Shown here: piece by piece, positions 1-9,009 of the stretch
Layout: each line of letters begins with the position of its first letter
How positions within the stretch are numbered: the first letter of the stretch is position 1
Origin: Cyanophyceae cyanobacterium
GTDB taxonomy: Bacteria > Cyanobacteriota > Cyanobacteriia > Cyanobacteriales > Laspinemataceae
Assembly: GCA_038321985.1 (NCBI GenBank)
Contig: JBBQFN010000001.1
Coordinates: forward strand, 1-64,000
Length of the DNA stretch: 64,000 nt
Reading direction: 5' to 3'
Made by a program: the position numbers and the translations under genes
The notes under the pieces: generated by a model
The model's input: the letters and a program-made list of their open reading frames with translations, nothing else
Told to the model about the DNA's origin: nothing
Database searches by the model: none

Positions 1-403
1 CAAATCTAAGCGGTTGAAAGCAGCTTATGAATACAAAGAAGAATTCCGAACCATTTATGAAACGAGTCAAAGTGTTTCAGAAGGCTTAGAGCGTTTTCAA
101 GAATGGTTAAAGAACGCTCGCCAAGTATATGGCAAAGTTATTAATACTATTTCCCAGCATTTATCAACAATTTGTAATTACTTTATTAGTCATGCTAGTA
201 GTGGAGTCATGGAGGGAATTAACAACAAGATAAAGCTCGTAAAGCGACAAGGGTATGGATTTAGAAATTTTGACAACTTTCGGTTACGTCTTTTAGCAGC
301 TTTTTCATCATAGTCATTATAAATTAGAGAGGTAGCCACTCAAAAACATTTAAACGCTCAGTAACTAATTAGAAAAACTTATCACCAAAAAGTCTGAAGA
401 GCC
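1..403 (+). mobile_element. ISL3-family insertion sequence, right-hand part (continues beyond window start)
   Basis: Transposase C-terminus followed by a terminus whose reverse complement reads GGCTCTTCAGACTTTTTGG. GGCTCT starts are typical of ISL3 ends, and the neighbouring gene breaks exactly at 403/404. Confidence 0.88.
2..313 (+). CDS. ISL3-family transposase, C-terminal part (5' end outside window)
   Basis: Motif SSGVMEGINNKIKLVKRQGYGFRNFDNFRLRLL typical of ISL3 DDE transposases; frame is open from position 2. Confidence 0.92.
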   Translation, partial: KSKRLKAAYEYKEEFRTIYETSQSVSEGLERFQEWLKNARQVYGKVINTISQHLSTICNYFISHASSGVMEGINNKIKLVKRQGYGFRNFDNFRLRLLAAFSS

Positions 404-1723
404 AACTTCTCTACCTTTATTGTCATTATCTAACAAAACAAGTAAGCAAGGTTTTTGATTTCTATCTTGATAAAATGACTGGTAAAAATCTAGATATTTT
501 GATATGTTATCTGCTCCGTTAGCTTCGATAATTTTAGGAACAGGTAGCCCAAAAAAAAGACATAAATTTTCTATATAAATTTTATCTGAACTTCCTTCAA
601 CAACTAGGTTATAGGTATTTAGTAATTCATAATCTAAGTCTTCAATTCCTAAATAATTTCTGATTTTACGAGTGCCGTCTATGTTGTCAATTTCGACTGC
701 TTTAGTATCTAAAATATTAAATTGCCTGTTTTTTCTTTGATAGTGCTTTTGAGTAATTTCTTGCTCTAATAGATAAACATTGTCTAATGTATAAGAATCT
801 ATGAAAACCGGTGAATGTGTAGTAACAAGAATTTGTGCTTTCTCTGTAATTTTTTTAAGATGTGTTAACAATTTTTTTTGTAAACCCTGATGAAGATAAA
901 CATCCGGTTCATCAATTATAAAAATCACTGATTTAGACTTGGTTTTTTCAATAATTCTATGATGTAACAGGATATAGGCTAATCGTTGTAAACCAGAACC
1001 TTTCCCTTCTATAAGTTGATTAGAGCCATCATCAATAAAGAAAAGAATTTCATCACTGATTAAATCTCTAAATTTCTTAATATCTGCATCAATATCAAAT
1101 CCAACTCCCCAGCTTTCTCCATATTCCTTAAATAAAGGATTAATTTCCTGAGATAAAGTATTTAAAACCTCTAATAAACCTTTTGTGTAGGCGTCAAAAC
1201 TCTCTTTTAACTTTAATTTTAAACCTGAAAATCTAGATTTATTATATTCTATATCATAAATATCTTCTATAATGTTATTGATGACTTTAGGAAAAGATAT
1301 GTTTATGGATTCTATAAAAAAGAATTCTATTTTTTTTAGAAAATTCTCTATTTCATTTTCATTCATCTCCTCATTTTTACTCCTCGTATTATTTTTAAGT
1401 TTTTTACCTGTTGTCCTTTCTAATTGGGTTAGATTAAATGCCCGCTCTATTCTATAAATATCATTATCAGAAACAAAGAAATCAATAGAGATTTTGGGTG
1501 CAATAGCAGCCCCTCGACTTCCTTCAAATTTGTGGAATGGGATATCTGCTTGGGGGTTATATTTTTCAGGATTAAAAAACAAATTGATCGCTCTTAGCGT
1601 ATTAGTTTTTCCTATATTGTTTTCTCCGCATATAGTAATAAAGTTATTGGTAGTATTAAATTCAAGTTTGAGATTTAAAATTGAGCGATACCTTTCAATT
1701 TGAATTGATTTGATTTTAGTCAT
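365..1723 (-). pseudogene. OLD-family ATP-dependent nuclease (ABC ATPase + TOPRIM), truncated by the ISL3 insertion
   Basis: Walker A GENNIGKT, signature KGSGLQR, Walker B IIDEPD, H-loop TTHSP, TOPRIM VVEGSSD and DND. The last 12 codons (GSSDFLVISFSN) are read from the IS end. Confidence 0.85.
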
Positions 1724-1795
1724 ATCTTTTTTCTCCTCTCCTTTGATAATCTTTATCTCTTGATCAGTCAGCGCATACAGATGAGCAACAAGGCC
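1724..1795 (-). pseudogene. Probable C-terminal remnant of a type IIG/TaqI-like restriction-modification gene
   Basis: Translates GLVAHLYALTDQEIKIIKG, resembling the LVYxLYGLTEEEIKIIEG ends of such enzymes. No start codon; upstream stop at 1805-1807. Confidence 0.5.
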
Positions 1796-1965
1796 CGGAT
1801 AAGTTCAGGAACCTATAAAGTGGATAGAGTCATTATTTTACTATAACCTGAACAAGCGACATAACGTTTTTGATATTTCCTTAAGTTTTTGTATTTCAGC
1901 CGAGATTGCCGAGGGATTGCACCAAAGGCAAGGCTCTGAATTGTGATAGTTGGGTCCGACGTCGC

Positions 1966-2106
1966 GAGATCGCCTGGACAGTCCGATATCAGCTTGCCCA
2001 GATAATTGTCAAGGCTAACAGGTATCGGGAGGCGATCGCCGGGACAGTCCGATATTAGTTTACCCAGATAATTGTCACGGCTAACAACTATCGGAAGGCG
2101 ATCGCC
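1966..2106. repeat. 66-bp tandem duplication delimited by HIP1 sites
   Basis: Units start at 1966 and 2032 and differ at 9 positions. GAGATCGC/GCGATCGC lies at 1966, 2032 and 2098. Confidence 0.9.
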
Positions 2107-2175
2107 ATTCTATCTCTAACCCCTCACTGCAAAGTAATTAAAACCAGAGATAAATATAACGGTTTCCACCGTTAT

Positions 2176-2250
2176 AAAAAGCCACCCGAGGAGGATATGA
2201 GTATCCAGGAGATAGCTTATTCCCCTCGCTGCAATTCTTCTGCTGGTAAA
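2176..2250 (-). pseudogene. Probable remnant of a type II toxin-antitoxin junction (antitoxin C-terminus + PIN/VapC N-terminus)
   Basis: Minus strand reads LPAEELQRGE-stop overlapping (ATA)SYLLDTHILLGWLF. This matches the YLLDTHILLWWL start of PIN toxins, with ATG mutated to ATA. Confidence 0.6.
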
Positions 2251-2306
2251 CTAAACAAGCAATTTCTCATTCTTAATATTTTATTAAAATCCCAGGTTTC
2301 TGAACC

Positions 2307-5300
2307 TTACTTTTCGATCGCACCTAATGCCTTGAGGGTGGCTTTTTGAGCTTCGGTTAATCCCGTCGTCCCGGTAATATCCATCCCGGCGTAGGGTTTA
2401 TTAACGATCGCCTGCAAGCACTCTCCCGACTCCAGTTCCCACACTTTAATCGTTTCGTCATAGCTACCGGAAACCAGGGTTTTGCCCTCGGGATGGAAGA
2501 CTAAAGATAACACCGCACTCCGATGTCCTAGGAAGGTGTTTAAACAGTCTCCAGTTTCGATATCCCACAGAGTCACGGTGCCATCTTCTCTGCCGGAGGC
2601 GAGGGTTTTGTTATCTGGGGCGACTGCTACAGCCCAGACGGAATCTCCTTGTCCCGGCAAACTTTTTAGGCATTCCCCAGTCCGGAAATCCCAGAGGTTC
2701 ATCGTCCCGTCAGCGGTACCGGAAACTAAGGTTGTGCTATCGCTGCTGAAGGCGAGGGAGACTACGTTAGTGGTATGTTCTGGTAAGGATTTCAGCCATT
2801 GTTCGGTTTGCAAATCCCAAAGTTTGACCGTGAGATCGGCGCTACCGGAGGCGAGGGTTTTGCCATCCGGGGCGACTGCCATTACACCGACTGAACTGCT
2901 GGGTCCGCGTTGGGTTTTGATACATTCCCCCGTCTGCATTTCCCAGAGTTTGACGCTGCCCTCATCACTGATACTGGTGAGGTGAGTGCCGGTTGTTGGG
3001 GGTATCGCCACGGATAGCACTTTACTGGGATGTCCCTGCCAGGTACTCAAACACTCGCCCGTTGTCAAATCCCAGCGTTTGACGGTGCGATCGGCACTGC
3101 CGGAGGCGAGGGTTTTGCCATCGGGGGCAATTGCTAAGGACCAAACCGCGCTGGCATATCCTTGTAAGGTTGTGAGACATTCTCCCTGGGAGATATCCCA
3201 GAGTTTCACGGTTTCATCATCACTGCCGGAGACGAGGGTGCGCCCATCGGGGGCGACTGCCACAGTTCCCACGCGACTACTATGTTCTAGCAATCGGTGC
3301 AGACATTCTCCCGTTGTCATATCCCAGATTTTCACGGCACCATCGGCACTCCCTCCTGTGAGGGTTCTACCATCAGGGGCGACTACCAAGGACCAAACGG
3401 AACTACTTTGTTCCTCTAAGGTTTGTTGACACTTCCCGGTGGTTAAATCCCAGAGTTTCACGGTTCCCCCCGCACTACCGGAGGCGAGGGTTTTGCCATT
3501 GGGGGTGACTGCCACCGATAAAACCCACTCGGTATGTCCCTCTAAGGTTTTGCGACAGACGCCGGTTTCTAAATCCCAGAGTTTGACGGTTTGATCTGCG
3601 CTACCGGAGGCGAGGGTTTTGCCGTCGGGAGTGACTGCTACAGACCAGACGATGCTACCATGTCCGTATAAGGTGGTATGACAAGTTCCGGTGGTCAAAT
3701 CCCAGAGTTTGACCGTGCGATCCATACTGCCGGAAGCAAGGGTTTTGCCATCGGGGGTGACTGCTAGCGATCGCACAGAATGAGTGTGACCTGCTAAGGT
3801 TTGAATACAGTTACCCGTCCGCACATCCCAGGTTTTTACCGTCCCATCATCGCTACCAGAAACAAGGGTTTTGCCATCGGGGGTGACTGCCACGGACCAC
3901 ACTGCAGCCGAATGTCCTTTACACAACACCAAGGGTTTTCCCTCTACCTGCCACAGATAAATTTCTCCATTGGCATCTCCCGTGGCGAACCACTCCCCAT
4001 CTGGACTAAATGCTGCTGATAAAACTGTTCCAAATACAGTTGTAAAGGTACAGTGTTTTAAATTCGCTTCAGCTAAATTTACATTGCGTAAATTGGCTGA
4101 GGAAAAATCAGCCCCTAAAATTACCGTATCTCGGAGGTCTGTATTATCTAAAGCATTGGGGTCAAGTTTTAACAGTAAAGTGACTGCATTTCCCCCTAAA
4201 TATCCCGCTTGATTTTCACATTGACCTTGGGTGGATTGAACTAATTGTAATAATCGGGTTTTGGTGGCTTCTCCGGGAGCAACGGTGGGTAATAATAGCT
4301 CTAACACCGCTTGGGTTAGGGGGGCTTTGCCAAAGGTTTCGGACAGTTCCGAGGTGGGGGGAAACTGTTTGATATCCGCAAAATCGGCAAAATCAGGCGC
4401 TAAAATGTCTAATTCTACTGCAAACTTGTAGGCGACAAAAAATTCTAATAAAGAGCGATGGGCTGGAGTATAATCTCCTTCGGCATTGCGAATTAGCATG
4501 GTTTGAGCCATCATATCATAATGCCAATGGTCTAAATCTTTTTGCTGTTGGACTACGCTGCTGAAGAGGCGACGCAGGCGGTTGGGAAATTCCCGGAAAT
4601 TTAAACTCATGCGATCGGTTGATAGCATTTCCCAGGAGAGTTCGCACAGGAAATATAACTTGTCCACCATGGAGGTAAAAGTGCGCTCGGTTTTAATATC
4701 CCGTTCCATCTTCCGGCGCACGGCATAAAAGTAAATTCTTGACAAATCAATCGGTTTTCCCGATTCAATTTCCGGTAGGGCTTCTAAAATTAATTCTATC
4801 ATGACCGGACGCCTTGCCAAATCTAAGAGTTTGGCATTATTCATTACTTTTTCCACCGTCGCCGGAGTGGCTCTTTTACTAATAACTTCACGGATTTGGG
4901 TGGAATTTAGCTTTTCAAGTTCTAGGACTTCAAACTGGGGAGTTGCCCCAATTAAATTGGCGGTAGAGGCTTTTAATTCAGCATTTAAAAGGGCCCGTCC
5001 TTCCCGAGCTTCTGGAAAATGTTCCGTCCGACAGGTGAGGATAACTTTGGCACCGGGAACGACGACTTTGGCGAGTTCCCAAAAGTTATTAATCATTTGT
5101 TGGCGGTCAACTTTTGCCGCCATTTCATCAAAGCCATCAAAAATTAGTAATAACTTCCCCATGCGATTAAGTTGCTCAAAGGCAGAGTAACCGGGCAAGC
5201 CAATTTCATGCTGACGGAAAAAGAATTCTGAAAACAGGGACTCGACACTAACGGCTTTAGCATAATCCCGTAAGGGAATCACTAAAGGCAAGCGAGGGCG

Positions 5301-6542
5301 GGGAAATCCCTCCTCTTTAGCGGCGCGATATTTTTTAACGGTTTCCCAGGCATAATGCAGGGCAAACCAAGTTTTTCCGGTGCCAAATTCCCCTAAAATA
5401 GAAATATGTTCTTTAGCCGGGTCGTCTAGCCAACGGTTGATGTAGCGGTCAATCCAGCCGTTGCGTTCGTCATACCGACTCTTAGCCAGACGTTGATGGG
5501 TGACGGGGTCTATTTCTTCTTTATTACAGGCGAGAGGAACATATAACCGTTCGATATCTCGCTGGCTGACTTCGGTTTCTAACCAATCAATATATCGACT
5601 AAAATCGGCGACTTCATCGATAAGTTCGTCAAAGGTGTAGCAGAATAAAACGGGGTCATTTTCAACGACATCCACGGCAGCTTGACTGATTCGCCTCGGG
5701 GCAACTAACCAGCCTTCATCGGCTTTTTGGATATCTACTGAGTCCCGTAAATGATTGACATCCCGAATGGTTACTTCTCCTTCGATGCCCCGCACGACAA
5801 TGCGATCAAACCCTCGACGAGCGCGGATATTAATAATCCATTCAAAGTAAGTGGGGGTTTGGACTTCGTAGGATTCAAATTCATATAAGGCTTCTAGCCA
5901 GTTGCGTAATTGCCGCGCAAATTCTGAGTTAAGGCGGGGTTGGTTTGCCGCCGCAACAAGAAGGGGGTCAGGTTCCGAGGCAGTTAACTTGGCAATTTCT
6001 TGGCGGAGGTCTTCTAGGGCATTGAGATTTTCCAGGCGTTCTAAAATTTGGCTCGTATTATGCCGCAAATCTTCAATTTTGCGAAATTCCAAGACTTCGG
6101 CAGGGGTGCGGGTGCGGTTGGCAATTTCCATGAAAATGCTGCTAAATTTCGCCAACTCTCGCTGATAATCAATGCGGCTTTCTCTGATTTTATCGCCCAA
6201 GGCAAAACCCTCGATATAGGATTCGGTTTCGCTGAGGAGGGTATAGGGGTCGTTGCGATCAAATGCTTTACGAAAACTTGCGTAAATTTCGTTTTGTCGA
6301 AAGAGTTCGAGGACGAGTTGGAGTTGTTCAACGTCGAAATTGTCGAGTTTTTGAATGCCATATTCGACTAAAGCATACCGATAAACCCCGGTAAAATCTG
6401 CCGGGGGATGGTCTGTATCAATCTGAAATTTTTTGAGTAATTTAATGACTAATTCGTTGCGTCTAGCGGTATTAATGATGACGGGAGTGGCAACACGGGC
6501 GATCGCCAGAATCGCCCGAACGATCTCGTCAATTCCTACCAT
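2307..6542 (-). CDS. NACHT (STAND) NTPase with N-terminal helical and restriction-endonuclease-like domains, pentapeptide repeats and ~13 WD40 repeats
   Basis: Walker A GEFGTGKT, Walker B LLIFDGFDEM, ADFSSANLRNVNLAEANL pentapeptides, repeated GH..V.S.AVTPDGKTLASGS.D.TVKLWD. Confidence 0.93.
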   Translation of the reverse strand: MVGIDEIVRAILAIARVATPVIINTARRNELVIKLLKKFQIDTDHPPADFTGVYRYALVEYGIQKLDNFDVEQLQLVLELFRQNEIYASFRKAFDRNDPYTLLSETESYIEGFALGDKIRESRIDYQRELAKFSSIFMEIANRTRTPAEVLEFRKIEDLRHNTSQILERLENLNALEDLRQEIAKLTASEPDPLLVAAANQPRLNSEFARQLRNWLEALYEFESYEVQTPTYFEWIINIRARRGFDRIVVRGIEGEVTIRDVNHLRDSVDIQKADEGWLVAPRRISQAAVDVVENDPVLFCYTFDELIDEVADFSRYIDWLETEVSQRDIERLYVPLACNKEEIDPVTHQRLAKSRYDERNGWIDRYINRWLDDPAKEHISILGEFGTGKTWFALHYAWETVKKYRAAKEEGFPRPRLPLVIPLRDYAKAVSVESLFSEFFFRQHEIGLPGYSAFEQLNRMGKLLLIFDGFDEMAAKVDRQQMINNFWELAKVVVPGAKVILTCRTEHFPEAREGRALLNAELKASTANLIGATPQFEVLELEKLNSTQIREVISKRATPATVEKVMNNAKLLDLARRPVMIELILEALPEIESGKPIDLSRIYFYAVRRKMERDIKTERTFTSMVDKLYFLCELSWEMLSTDRMSLNFREFPNRLRRLFSSVVQQQKDLDHWHYDMMAQTMLIRNAEGDYTPAHRSLLEFFVAYKFAVELDILAPDFADFADIKQFPPTSELSETFGKAPLTQAVLELLLPTVAPGEATKTRLLQLVQSTQGQCENQAGYLGGNAVTLLLKLDPNALDNTDLRDTVILGADFSSANLRNVNLAEANLKHCTFTTVFGTVLSAAFSPDGEWFATGDANGEIYLWQVEGKPLVLCKGHSAAVWSVAVTPDGKTLVSGSDDGTVKTWDVRTGNCIQTLAGHTHSVRSLAVTPDGKTLASGSMDRTVKLWDLTTGTCHTTLYGHGSIVWSVAVTPDGKTLASGSADQTVKLWDLETGVCRKTLEGHTEWVLSVAVTPNGKTLASGSAGGTVKLWDLTTGKCQQTLEEQSSSVWSLVVAPDGRTLTGGSADGAVKIWDMTTGECLHRLLEHSSRVGTVAVAPDGRTLVSGSDDETVKLWDISQGECLTTLQGYASAVWSLAIAPDGKTLASGSADRTVKRWDLTTGECLSTWQGHPSKVLSVAIPPTTGTHLTSISDEGSVKLWEMQTGECIKTQRGPSSSVGVMAVAPDGKTLASGSADLTVKLWDLQTEQWLKSLPEHTTNVVSLAFSSDSTTLVSGTADGTMNLWDFRTGECLKSLPGQGDSVWAVAVAPDNKTLASGREDGTVTLWDIETGDCLNTFLGHRSAVLSLVFHPEGKTLVSGSYDETIKVWELESGECLQAIVNKPYAGMDITGTTGLTEAQKATLKALGAIEK
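2430..4035 (-). repeat. Tandem ~126-bp WD40-coding repeats with high DNA similarity
   Basis: Recurring CCCAGAGTTTGACGGT and CCGGAGGCGAGGGTTTTGCCATCGGGG blocks at ~126-bp spacing. Confidence 0.9.
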
Positions 6543-7123
6543 AATTTTTTCCTCGATCTTCGATGGCTAATACCCTCTATCTGTAACAGCAATGGCTGTT
6601 TAAAGGATGGGTGGTCTGTTGTTTGTCAAGACTTTAACCCGTGGTGGGTTGGGTCGATTGTCGGTTGCGATCGCGCCATGATGAGCCTTTGGGGTGGATA
6701 GGGTTAAAGTGGAGTCCCTCATAAAAATTAACGCAATTTGCCCGAGTCAGCCTAGGGTGGATAACCCTCGCCCGATTCGGCCAGGGCACAGATCACTTAA
6801 AAGCCCTCTCTCTATTCTATTGCGTCCTGCAAGAGGATGGGTTGCCCTGGGCGGGGGTTGAGTTCCTTACGGTTTGGAGGGAATGCCCCAAGGATGAGTC
6901 TAGGGGTTTCAGGAATCGTCGGCAAGAACCCCACCCTAACCCGGACCCAGACCTCGGGGAGAGTTAGAGTAGGGTCTCCATCTAGATTGGATAAAACGCG
7001 TCTCAAAAAACCCGACCTTTGTACGGTAAGTCTCGGTAATCTCCCCAATTAGCGCCGAGATGGGATGTTTCAGATTAGCGAACCAAGATTTACCATAGAA
7101 ATAACCGCTTGGGAAACTTGTTG

Positions 7124-8992
7124 ATGAGCTACTGTCCGAATCCCCATTGCCCAAACCCTAAAAATCCTGACCTGACGATGTTTTGTCGCGCCTGTGGGAC
7201 GAAGCTAGTCCTAGGACAACGGTATCGTCTGGTCAAACTCATCGGGACTGGAGGGTTTGGCAGAACGCTGTTAGCGCTGGATGAGTTCAAACCCTCGAAA
7301 CCTCAGTGTGTGGTTAAGCAGTTTTATCCGCAATCGCAACACAATGCGGATAAGGCGAACCAATTATTTCAGCAAGAGGCGATTCGCTTAGAACAATTGG
7401 GCAAACATTCCCAAATTCCAGAACTGTTTGCTCATTTTGACCAAGAAGACCATCAATATATTGTCCAAGAATTTATTGATGGACAAAATCTAACGGAAGA
7501 ACTGGCCGAAAAAGGTCGCTTTTCGGAAGCGGCTATTGTTAGTTTGCTAGAGGATTTATTGCCGGTTTTAGATTTTGTTCACAAGGGAAAAGTGATTCAT
7601 CGGGATATCAAACCAGAAAATATTATTCGCCGTCGCCACGATCGCAAGTTGGTCGTAGTAGATTTTGGGGCGGCTAAATATGCCACGGGAACCATGCTCA
7701 ATCAAACGGGTACAACCATCGGCACAAAGGGCTATGCGGCACCGGAACAAACCTTTGGCAAAGCGGTATTTGCCAGTGATCTCTACAGTTTGGGGGTCAC
7801 TTGTATTCACCTGCTGACCTCTCGCGAACCCTTTGAAATGTATGATGCGATGGAAAGTACCTTTGTCTGGCGAGAATATTTAGGTATCAATAAAGTGAGC
7901 GATCGCCTCTCTACAGTTCTGGATAAGGCGATCGAAAGTAGTGTCAGACGGCGCTATCAATCTGCCGAGGACTTGATCGAAGAGTTGAAGGCGACTCCTT
8001 CACAAGTGAGTAGGACCATCACTCCCCAATCCCGATCGCCTGCATCGACTCCCCCACGGGCAGCCGTCCCGGTGAGAGTTAGCCCTCCCCCGGTTACGGT
8101 GTCAGAAATTGGCACTTTGGCGGGACATGGTGCCCCGGTTAAAACCGTAGCGATTAGTGCTAATGGGGAGCTTTTGGTCAGTGGCAGCCGTTCCGGGCTT
8201 AAATGGTGGCAACTGCATCAAGGTCAGGAATTGCCGACCCTGCGCAGCAGTTGGCCGGAAGAACCGTTTGCCGGGGTGAGTGCGGTGGCATTTTCCCCCG
8301 ATGGGCGACTGTTGGCCGCAGGCAGTAGCGGTGGGGCGATCGCCCTGTGGGATGTGACGTTACGGCGGATTCTGCGCCTCCTGCGAGCACCTGCTGCGGT
8401 GAAGTCTGTGGCATTTTCCCCCGACGGGCGACTGTTGGCCGCAGGGGGGAAAGATGGGGCGATCGCCCTGTGGGAGGTGGCCTCTTGGCGGCTGTTTAAA
8501 CCCCTACAGGGTCATTCGGCGGCGGTTAACTCTGTGGCTTTTTCTCCGGATAGTCGCACCCTCGTTTCTGGAAGTGAGGATACTTCGATTGTGCTGTGGG
8601 ATGCACTCACCCAGGAGGATAAACAAACGGGTTGGGGGCGATCGGGTGCGGTGAATGCGATCGCCATTTCTCCTTGTGGTCGCTTTCTCGCCAGTGGTTG
8701 TGCCAACCGTATGATTTTGTTGTGGGAACTCCCTTCAGGGCAGCAAATCGGCACGCTCACTGGACATTCTACCGGAGTTAATTCCGTGGTTTTTTCCCCG
8801 AATGGAGAAACCCTCGCCTCGGGAAGTGATGATACTTCCATTGTGCTGTGGGATGTGAAAAGTGGGCAAGAAAAGCGCACCTGCTGGGGGCGATCGGGGG
8901 TGGTGTACGCGGTAGCATTTACTCCCGATGGCAACACCCTCGTCAGTGGGACGGAGGATACAACGGTCAAAATTTGGCAGTTGCGGGGATAA
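7124..8992 (+). CDS. Ser/Thr protein kinase with N-terminal 4-Cys zinc ribbon and C-terminal WD40 propeller
   Basis: CPNPHC...CRACG, GTGGFG, HRDIKPEN, DFG, APE motifs, then ~7 WD40 repeats. ATG at 7124 preferred. Confidence 0.93.
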   Translation: MSYCPNPHCPNPKNPDLTMFCRACGTKLVLGQRYRLVKLIGTGGFGRTLLALDEFKPSKPQCVVKQFYPQSQHNADKANQLFQQEAIRLEQLGKHSQIPELFAHFDQEDHQYIVQEFIDGQNLTEELAEKGRFSEAAIVSLLEDLLPVLDFVHKGKVIHRDIKPENIIRRRHDRKLVVVDFGAAKYATGTMLNQTGTTIGTKGYAAPEQTFGKAVFASDLYSLGVTCIHLLTSREPFEMYDAMESTFVWREYLGINKVSDRLSTVLDKAIESSVRRRYQSAEDLIEELKATPSQVSRTITPQSRSPASTPPRAAVPVRVSPPPVTVSEIGTLAGHGAPVKTVAISANGELLVSGSRSGLKWWQLHQGQELPTLRSSWPEEPFAGVSAVAFSPDGRLLAAGSSGGAIALWDVTLRRILRLLRAPAAVKSVAFSPDGRLLAAGGKDGAIALWEVASWRLFKPLQGHSAAVNSVAFSPDSRTLVSGSEDTSIVLWDALTQEDKQTGWGRSGAVNAIAISPCGRFLASGCANRMILLWELPSGQQIGTLTGHSTGVNSVVFSPNGETLASGSDDTSIVLWDVKSGQEKRTCWGRSGVVYAVAFTPDGNTLVSGTEDTTVKIWQLRG

Positions 8993-9009
8993 TCGTCATT
9001 GAACCCTTT

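Noticed and set aside
1966..2106. CRISPR array
   Set aside because: Only two full-length similar units with no unique spacers, and no cas genes in the window.
2482..3429. Plus-strand ORFs of 167 and 147 aa
   Set aside because: Antisense shadows of the WD40 repeats. The same applies to most short ORFs opposite strong genes, such as 8512-8970 and 51641-52360.
2430..4035. Diversity-generating retroelement acting on the WD40 repeats
   Set aside because: No reverse transcriptase or non-coding template copy in the window, and differences are not visibly adenine-specific.
6812..7154. Short ORFs or a c-di-AMP riboswitch in the NACHT-kinase gap
   Set aside because: No recognisable protein motif, and I could not find the riboswitch consensus elements.
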